Of a stretch of 64,000 bases of DNA, positions 47,449 through 64,000 are shown in pieces (position 1 is the first letter of the stretch; every line of letters begins with the position of its first letter). Source of the stretch: Macrostomum lignano. Taxonomy: Eukaryota. Under the pieces are notes generated by a model. That model ran no database searches. It was not told where the DNA came from and saw only the letters and a list, made by a program, of their open reading frames with translations. The translations under genes and the position numbers were made by a program. The DNA is taken from the NCBI GenBank assembly GCA_002269645.1, contig NIVC01001909.1, positions 1 through 64,000 of the forward strand, given 5' to 3'.

Positions 47449-50400
47449 ATGAGTCCAACTAGCGGTCCAGATGTCATTAATGGTTGGAAAATTGTCACAA
47501 CAGAAGAGACTGTTGTTGAGTCCTACTCTTTAGAGGTAGGGTATGATTAAATTATGATTCGTTTATTAATAGAATTCAGACAGAATTCCAGGATGTCAGA
47601 ATGTCAGAATGTCAGAAGTTCCGGATGTCCGGATGTCCGTATGTCCGGATGTTCGGATGTTTGGATGTCCAGATGTCAGGATGTCAAAATGTCAGGATAT
47701 CAGGATTTCAGAATGTCAGGATGTCAGGATGTCCGGATGTCAGAAGTTCCGGATGTCCGGATGTCCGGATGTCCGGATGTTCGGATGTTCGGATGTCCAG
47801 ATGTCAGGATGTCAAAATGTCAGGATATCAGGATTTCAGAATGTCAGGATGTCAGGATGTCAGGATGTCAGAGACGTCATTTGGGGAGTGGTCGAAGGAA
47901 GCTCGAAGTTTCCTAGGCTCAATACTTCACAACTTTGAGTTAGTGTAATTTTGAGCTTGTGAAAGCGACGCGGTTCGATTTGTGTTCGATTTTGTTGATA
48001 AAACAAAATATTTGAAGCTTCAACCCCCCCCTCGCCTCGCCGCAAATGCAATGGTTGTATTTTTCGACACCCCCCTGTCACTGCAGACGACAATGACAGT
48101 CACCACAGAGTACAGCGACGGGACCAAAACTCAGAGTAAGACGTGCACAACAACAAAGAAAGACAGTTCAGTTGTCACCGGTCTCACCACAAAGCAGGTC
48201 CACTCAGTGTATGGCCAGGACATCAGCTGCATCTCCAAGCAGCTCAATCTTATGCTCAAAGACAACTCATTGGCTGCCGATTACCTGCCAGTGGATGAGG
48301 TCAGCCTGTACACCGGCATGCTGGATGGCATCCTGCTCTGCGCCATGGTCAACCTGCTCCAGCCGGACACCATCGACCTCAGCGCCGTGACCAGACGTTC
48401 CGACCTGAATAATTGTCCACCTGAGAATGCAGAGCAGCTGAAGATTCAGAATCGAAATTTAGGATTCTGTTTGTTAAAACCGTTGGGCGTGTCCATTGAT
48501 AGCTTGAAAGTTCAAGAGATGCTGGAAAAGGGCTGTGTATTCGCTCTGACCAGCATACTTATTCAAGTGCTGCGATTAACTACGATTGGTAGAATGAATT
48601 TCAAGGAACACGAAGTGTTGGTGTACCTGTTCGATGGGTGGTCGAATCCCGAGGAAGCCAGGTGTGAATTATTTACTTGGAGTTCAGTATCTTTTCGTGG
48701 TGGTTTCAAACTGTGTCTCAACCTGTCTCTCAATCTATGTCTCGATCTGCGTCTCAATCTGTCTCAGTCTGTCTCAATCTGTGTCTCAGTCTGTGTCTCA
48801 GTCTGTGTCTCAATCTGGGTCTCAGTCTGTGTCTCAGTCTGTGTCTCAGTCTGTGTCTCAATCTGTGTCTCAATCTGTCTCAGTCTGTCTCAATCTGTGT
48901 CTCAGTCTGTCTCAGTCTGTGTCTCAGTCTGTGTCTCAATCTGGGTCTCAGTCTGTGTCTCAGTCTGTGTCTCAGTCTGTGTCTCAGTCTGTGTCTCAGT
49001 CTGTGTCTCAACCTGTGTCTCAGTCTGTGTCTCAGTCTGTGTCTCAGTCTGTGTCTCAATCTGTGTCTCAGTCTGTCTCAATCTGTGTCTCGATCTGTGT
49101 CTCAATCTGTCTCAGTCTGTCTCAATCTGTGTCTCAATCTGTGTCTCAGTCTGTCTCAATCTGTGTCTCAATCTGTGTCTCAGTCTGTGTCTCAGTCTGT
49201 GTCTCAGTCTGTGTCTTAATCTGTGTCTCAGTCTGTGTCTCAGTCTGTGTCTCAGTCTGTGTCTCAGTCTGTGTCTCAACCTGTGTCTCAGTCTGTATCT
49301 CGATCTGTGTCTCAGTCTGTGTCTCAATCTGTGTCTTAATCTGTGTCTCGATCTGTGTCTCGATCTGTGTCTCAGTCTCATTCTGTCTCAATCTGTGTCT
49401 CGATCTGTGTCTCAGTCTGTGTCTCAGTCCGTGTCTGAGTCTGTGTCTTAATTCTTGTTTTTTATTACCTGCCCTAATGGCCAAATGTCGAACCGACAGC
49501 TCAGCCGCAGCTATCTGAAGGCTTCCACTAGTAGGCTACAACCCCTTTTCCGTGATGGATGATCTGTAAGCTTAAGCTCAGTGAGTAAGCAAAGTTCTTC
49601 TTGAAGTTCTCTTGCTAGCCAACTGGGAATGTTTCACAAAATCATAACAAATGGAGAGTTGAAATTTTTTTCGCATCATCCGCAGAGAGATTCTTGCCAC
49701 CGGCCGTGAAGAGATGCTACTCCGCTGGGTGAACTACCAGATGAAACAGGCAGGAACCGATCTCGAGGTGAAAGAGGTCGGCAAGAGCTTAGCAGACTGC
49801 AGCATCTACGCCAACCTGCTCTGGGCAGTCTGTCCTATCGCCAAGCGGGGCGCCCTCATGCCCATTGGCGACGTCTTGAAGCCGGACAGTTTCGTCACCC
49901 GGGCGGAACGCGTGATTTCTAACGCCAGCAAGTTGAACATCGCTGACGTAATCACGCCGCAGCACATCGCCCACGCTGGCGAAGAGACGGACACGATAGC
50001 TGGTCTGCACCGAGTCTCTCTGAATGCCGCCTTTCTCTACAGCATATTCTCCAGCTATCCCAATATTAAGGTGCCGAAAATGAAGACACCAACGCCGTCA
50101 ACGGACGCCGATGCTGTAGTAGACGAATCGCTCAGAGAGCAGCTGAGATCCTGGTGCAAACGCGGCGCCACCGAGGAGACTCTGATCCGCTGGCTGAACT
50201 CGTTCGGACCCTCGGATCCTGTGCAGTCGATTGAATCCGATCTGTGCAACGGCAGCGTCCTGCTCCAGGTGAGAACCGATCGATTAGCTAATCGATCAAT
50301 CAAGGGATTTTTATCAATTAACTTACTGCTTTAATCAAGGTGTGGGAAGCCATGATCCCCGGCTCGGTCGCGTGGTCCAAGGTAAATCTCAAAGTCTACA

Positions 50401-52496
50401 GCTCGACGGTAGTGCAGAATACTAAGCGCAAATTCCAATGGATGTGCAACTGCGAAGAGGTGCTCAACTGCGCCATCAAGGCGGGCATCCCCAGAAACTG
50501 CTGCAGCCCGGCCGAACTAGCGAGCGGCCACGCAAAGAACACCATGTCGCTGGTGTTTCAAATGATGCGCCTGCACGCGCAGCTGTCGCGGAAGTGCACA
50601 ATCAGCGGAATCGGCAGAGGAAAAAAAGTAGCCGACCTCGACGACGCCGAACTGGTGAAATGGTTCAACACCAAGATTTCTACTTTTGGTTCCGATTTTC
50701 AACTGACGAATCTAGGAGTGAGTCAAAACTTTCAGTGACTTTTCTAATCAAAGTTTTTAGCGGAGTAGTAAAGCGTCCGACTCACCCGCCAAAGGCTCCT
50801 GAGTTTGATTCTATGCACGTATCATTGGGCTCGTGCATCAAATGAAATAGTCAACTTGAGGCGCCAAGGTGGCTCCAAAGCATAATCAAACCTCCAAGGG
50901 GATGATCTAATCTGCATGGGGATGATCCAACCTCCATGGGGGATGATCCTACCTCCATGGGGGATGATCCTACCTCCATGGGGGATGATCCAACCTCCAT
51001 GGGGGATGATCCAACTTCCATGGGGGATGATCCAACCTCCAAGGGATAATCTAATCTGCAAGGGGATGATCCAACCTCCATGAAGATAATCCAATCTCTA
51101 TGGAGATGATCCAACCTCCTCCATGGGGATAATACAACCTCTATGGGAATGATCTACTCTCCATGGAGATGAGCCAACCTGTATGGGAATGATCCAACCT
51201 CTATGGGCATGATCTAATCTCCATGGAGATGAGCCAACCTCCATGGGAATGATCCAACCTTCAAGGCGTAGACCAAACCCCTATTTAAACTGCTGCCTTG
51301 ATTTGACGGTTAGGGGGCTCCCAAATCCGTCAAGTAGTCCGTCACTAAGTACGCTCGTAGTTTTAGCTTGATACTTATCGAATTATCTCTTAATCAAAGA
51401 AGTAAAATAAACACGCACACAGGATTTGCGACTGAAGAACACCAACGTTATTGGATATTTTGGCGAGAGACTTCTCGTAGAGATTGGTCTATGCTTCCGA
51501 TTCACTGAGCACTCTCATCAGAAGCAGAGTGGAGAAACTCCAGCACTGCCACCGCCGTCTCCGCTGCCGGCACTACCGGCGCCACCGCCGCCGCCGCCGC
51601 CGCCGCCTCCACCGCCTCCTCCACCGCCACCGCCGCCACCACCACCTCAGTCTCCGCCGCCGCCACCACCGCCACCACCACCGCCACCTCCGCAGGAAAC
51701 CCAGCTAGTTTTGAAGCCACCGCAGCAGGTGGTGCCACAAAAGACTCCGACGCCACCGCCGCCGCCGACGCCGCCGCCGCCACCTCCACAGTCTCCAAAG
51801 AATTCGCCGCAACAGAAACCTTCGTTGCCAGGGGCTGGTAGCAAAGCGTCTGAACAGCCGAAACTTTTGAAAGACAGCGGCTCAGGAACTAGCAAATCGT
51901 CTAACCAAATGAGCACCCTTGCCGTACCGCAGAAGCAACCGCAAAACTCAGGCGGAAAAGGTAATTCGTCGAGTGGAAAAACATCCGGTAATTCGTCGAG
52001 TGGAAAGACGGCCGGCAATTCGTCGATCGGGAAGACGTCCGGCAATTCGACGAGCGGAAAGACGTCCGGAAATTCGACGAGCGGGAAACCTTCCGGCAAC
52101 CGATCGTATACCAGTTTCACCAGTACGTCTTCAAAATCATCGAAGAGCTACAGCAAGACGACATCATCTTCTAGCTACTCCAAGTGGTCGTATGGCAACC
52201 GGAACGCAGCTGATGAAGATCAGGAAAATGCGATTGAGGAGGCTGAAACTCAGGAGACGCCCGATCTGCAGGATCTCGAGAGCGCTAACAACGATCCCAA
52301 CGACGGCGACTGGATATTCGAGAAGGTGTCGCCTGTTTCCGGTGAAGCGTTGACGCAGTTCTCTGTCGCCGCGATTCTCATGTTCAACAAGGCTGGCATC
52401 GTTGTGTACGCCAGTCACCTGGGTCCCGACACCGATTCTACTGTGTACCGCAGCATTCTGATGGAGCTCAACGCGCTGTCCTTGAAGAAGGCCTAA
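47449..52496 (+). CDS. Plastin/fimbrin-like protein A (4 CH domains, no EF-hands, polyproline insert in CH4), 5 exons, ~898 aa
   Basis: Exons 47449-47535, 48087-48661, 49686-50268, 50340-50717 and 51423-52496 (phases 0, 2, 0, 0). CH motifs: DGILLCAMVNLLQPDTID, LLRWVNYQM...[23 protein letters not shown]...DLCNGSVLLQVWEAMIPGSVAWSKVN, DDAELVKWFNTKI and AILMFNKAGIVVYA. Exon 1 is inferred from ATG, donor and phase. Confidence 0.85.
47590..47872. repeat. 8-bp GATGTCAG/GATGTCCG repeat, gene A intron 1
   Basis: Visible tandem repeat with an internal larger duplication. Confidence 0.92.
48705..49450. repeat. 12-bp CTCAGTCTGTGT repeat, gene A intron 2
   Basis: About 60 units. Confidence 0.95.
49465..49525 (-). 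mobile_element. Truncated fragment of the SINE family seen at 35288-35619
   Basis: ACCGACAGCTCAGCCGCAGCTAT and ATCTGAAGGCT are shared with 35368-35402. Confidence 0.65.
50757..50815 (+). mobile_element. tRNA-like SINE head fragment
   Basis: TAGCGGAGTAGTAAAGCGTCCGACTCAC...GAGTTTGATTC shares AGCGTCCGACTCAC with the SINE head at ~35585-35600. Confidence 0.55.
50880..51260. repeat. 21-bp minisatellite (GGGGGATGATCCAACCTCCAT), gene A intron 4
   Basis: About 17 copies. Confidence 0.92.
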
Positions 52497-53103
52497 AAAG
52501 GCTTTTGATTGATTTTGAAATTTATTTATACGCTGGCGTTGTCTCCTGTTTTCTCAGTTTGGCTTGAAGTTACTGCGACCAAAAGCATTAAACAGCTATA
52601 CATGTAGAAAAAGTGCAAAAAACCTTCATTAAAAGTGCCAAATCCGAAACGCGAACCAAACCAGAGCTTATTAATAAAACTTCAATGCCGTAATGAAGTG
52701 CAAGTCTATTCTAGCATCGATTATCACAAATTTTGTTTGTTTTTGTATTTCGAATTTTCTATTGTGCTTCGATGAAGGATTCCTACTGACAGTGTGAAAC
52801 TATTTGGCACAATTTTAGCAAGCAACTCCTTGCACATCTGTTCTATTAGAACGATTAGAAAACATTTTCCATAGATAGATAGATAGATAGTAGATAGCGA
52901 GAAAGAGCGAGCGAAGCGAGCTCTTTCGAGCTTGCTTGCCGCAGCCAATCAAGCTGAAAGCACGCACACAAGATCACCGGAAACGATTAAGACAGCTGGA
53001 AAGCCAATGGGCGCGGTAAGCGCTTCTATCCAGAGGAACTACCTGATGGAACCAGCCATGCCGAACGAAAATCAGACTACTCAAGTAGTGCAAAAGAGTG
53101 CGT

Positions 53104-53346
<243 letters not shown>

Positions 53347-53608
53347 GCGATCAAAGGTCCTCTTGATAGATGAAAATAGTTCCCTCAAAAGGCATGCTGA
53401 ATCTCCTACTTTAAATCTTTTTATTAAACCGATCAGCTAATTTCGTCAATAGTTGTATTGCCTCGTAGTAAAGTGTTTACTTTTGTACAAAGCGTCTATG
53501 ACCCACAGTTCTAATAAAATGTTAGTTCGCTTTTAAAAGGGGAATGCCCGTTGAAAACAGCTTGCTGAATTTGAAACTCTCAGCAAGCAATAACGATCTT
53601 TCACCGTC

Positions 53609-59096
<5,488 letters not shown>

Positions 59097-59129
59097 CGTC
59101 TTGTGCAGCTCTTTAATAAGTATCTACTT

Positions 59130-59522
59130 TGGCACAGACATTGGTCCCTCTATCTGACACAGACATTGGCCCCACTATCTGACACAGACATTGGCCCCAC
59201 TATCTGACAACAGACATTGGCCCCATTATCTGACAACAGACATTGGCCCAAGAATCTGACACAGACATTGTCCCCACTATCTGACACAGACATTGTCCCC
59301 ACTATCTGACAACAGACATTGGCCCCACTATCTGACACAGACATTGGCCCCACCATCTGACACAGACATTGGCCCCACTATCTGACAACAGACATTGGCC
59401 CCACTATCTGACACAGACATTGTCCCCACTATCTGACAACAGACATTGGCCCCACTATCTGACACAGACATTGTCCCCACTATCTGACAACAGACATTGG
59501 CCCAAGAATCTGACACAGACAT
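59130..59522. repeat. 25/26-bp minisatellite (ACAGACATTGGCCCCACTATCTGAC)
   Basis: About 15 copies between genes B and C; same family as 26400 (inverted) and 46865. Confidence 0.93.
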
Positions 59523-60178
59523 TTCTGCAGCAGCTGAATGCGGTATATAAGTCTGCGACAAAGGCTGTACAATGCCCACTAGTGTATCATACTCGTATTG
59601 ATAAGCATGTTACCAGTCCACTTTCGCAGATCATCTATGAGCTAATTAAATATACGTGAGTGCAGGTACATGTAGTTATTTTTGTTTGAAAAATCGACAA
59701 ACTATCACAGGATATTATAAAACTTTTTAGATCATAATATGACGCTTTACTGCCAAATTTGTTTTAATTAATTACCTAAAAAATGAATTTAACGTGTTCT
59801 ACTGAAATTAGAAGTATTGATTGAATGAGTTATTCAGTCTTATGCCAAAGTCTTTTATAGTCAAAAAAGCATGCCTCAATTAAGCTTGTTCGTCTAAGAA
59901 ATCGTTGTGCACTCGTTCAGGCTACTTACTGATAAGTAGTTTAAACGAATGTTTTTATTAGATCGCGAGCGAGACTAATCTATGGCCATGAGTACGAGAG
60001 TGTCAATGCCGGTATCGCACGAAAAAAATTGTGCTTCAAACAGTCTATGGTAACATCTTCGAGTACTTTCACCGCGACTGTGGCTTCGCTATAGTCGACT
60101 ACCTCGAGCAAGCTCTTTCCAGCAGATCATCTAAGCTCTAAGCTATTCATCATTCAGAGCCGGCCGCATCATCAGACC

Positions 60179-63480
<3,302 letters not shown>

Positions 63481-63604
63481 GTGAGTCACTTTATTGCGTT
63501 GACAACTATTGCCAAGGGTGTACATGGTTACTATCAAGTACTTCAAGGGGCATTCCATCAACATACAAAATCAGTAATTAATTAATTATTTAATAACTTA
63601 GCAA

Positions 63605-64000
63605 GGGAAAGGAGAGAAGGGAGAGGAGAGAAGAGAGAGGAGAGAAGGGAGAGGAGAGAATGGAGAGGAGAGAAGTGAGTGGAGAGAAGGGAGAGGAGAG
63701 AAGGGAGAGGAGAGAAGGGAGAGGAGAGAAGTGAGTGGAGAGAAGGGAGAGGAGAGAAGGGAGAGGAGAGAAGTGAGTGGAGAGAAGGGAGAGAAGAGAA
63801 GGGAGAGGAGAGAAGTGAGTGGAGAGAAGGGAGAGGAGAGAAGTGAGTGGAGAGAAGGGAGAGGAGAGAAGGGAGAGGAGAGAAGTGAGTGGAGAGAAGG
63901 GAGAGAAGAGAAGGGAGAGGAGAGAAGTGAGTGGAGAGAAGGGAGAGGAGAGAAGGGAGAGGAGAGAAGTGAGTGGAGAGAAGGGAGAGGAGAGAAGGGA
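63605..64000. repeat. GA-rich repeat (GGAGAGAAG) in gene C intron 3
   Basis: Visible; runs off the window. Confidence 0.95.

Overview
This is eukaryotic (animal) genomic DNA with GT-AG introns and very dense micro- and minisatellites. The style suggests a Macrostomum-like flatworm, but that is inference. Most long ORFs in the track are repeat artefacts. Genes reconstructed by hand: (1) an isolated Rab8/10/13-type first coding exon (minus, 5011-5134; too short for the ORF track); (2) a single-exon PKI-like PKA inhibitor (9488-9757); (3) a 3-exon TBC1D10/EPI64-type RabGAP (14732-16930); (4) a 4-exon PRDM1/Blimp-1 with a PR/SET domain and 5 C2H2 fingers (minus, 34051-42252); (5) a tandem array of three plastin/fimbrin-like four-CH-domain genes (47449-52496, 53609-59096, and 60179 to beyond the window) with identical intron phases. 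The most unusual system is the plastin-like array. The proteins lack the EF-hand headpiece, and in both complete copies the fourth CH domain appears split by a large paralog-specific low-complexity insert: polyproline plus GKTSGNSSS repeats in A, about 49 DAKKTSGTQL decapeptides in B. The first ~9.4 kb is strongly CpG-depleted and holds decayed transposons, including a mariner DD34D relic whose catalytic Asp codons look altered by CpG decay, a Merlin element with an 8-bp TSD, and a foldback element.
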